Positions 63,631 through 64,000 of a stretch of DNA of 64,000 bases are shown here, in pieces. The translations under genes were made by a program, and so were the position numbers. Position 1 is the stretch's first letter; each line of letters opens with the position of its first letter. Where the stretch lies: positions 54,126,001 to 54,190,000 of the forward strand of contig CM060733.1 of NCBI GenBank assembly GCA_030704615.1. Reading direction: 5' to 3'. Under the pieces are notes generated by a model. That model was not told where the DNA came from and ran no database searches. It saw only the letters and a program-made list of their open reading frames with translations. Source of the stretch: Takakia lepidozioides. Taxonomy: Eukaryota; Plantae; Bryophyta.

Positions 63631-64000
63631 CCTGCATGTAGTTTTCTAGAAGGATCGATTCTGGAACAGATCGCGGCCCGCAGTGCGTAGGTTCACTTGC
63701 GTGAACTATCCTCGATTTAATACACGATTGTCTTCCTGCCGTCTTTTTTTGGACCCTTCATTTCATTCCTTAATACACGTGGCCTTATTAGATTAGCCCC
63801 GCTTTCACTTCCTGGACCAATCTAGAATGAACCGGGCCCACCCAAACTTGGGGCGCTTATTGATGTATGCTACATATTTTTGTTTTGTACATTTTCAATT
63901 TGTATTGAAAAAACTTAGTGACCTTAGATATGTTCTTCTTTATAGATCTCTTAATGATATTCCTTTCATCCATGATTTTGTTTTTCTAAAGGCCTATTTA

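Overview
Eukaryotic nuclear DNA from a land plant, most likely a non-seed plant such as a bryophyte (inferred from a photosynthetic NDH gene, a Replitron and a PHD-bearing Ty3/Gypsy integrase). It contains four apparently intact host genes: an intronless PADRE/DUF4228 gene, 7-exon PNSB1/NDF1, 10-exon CAP1 head-to-head with PNSB1, and a 2-exon BC10/DUF266 glycosyltransferase. These sit among decayed transposons: a Galadriel-like Ty3/Gypsy element, two hAT elements plus MITEs, a CACTA transposase and CACTA MITE, a tRNA-SINE, RTEX/LINE 3' fragments and a Replitron. The most unusual part is a large multi-ORF element with no recognisable transposase (about 40.6-48.55 kb, with a related piece at 1-998). 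It carries intronless, degraded RING-H2+SIM, DWG-kinase and NLS-protein ORFs that share a TATA..AAGG(G)CCT motif. It also has a 52-bp-phased array of 27-bp palindromes, arrays of 120-bp palindromic units and a Helitron-like 3' end. Both pieces of this element abut the two halves of one split LTR, which lie 47 kb apart in opposite orientation. This suggests an insertion plus a large inversion. All calls were made by eye; no database searches were run.
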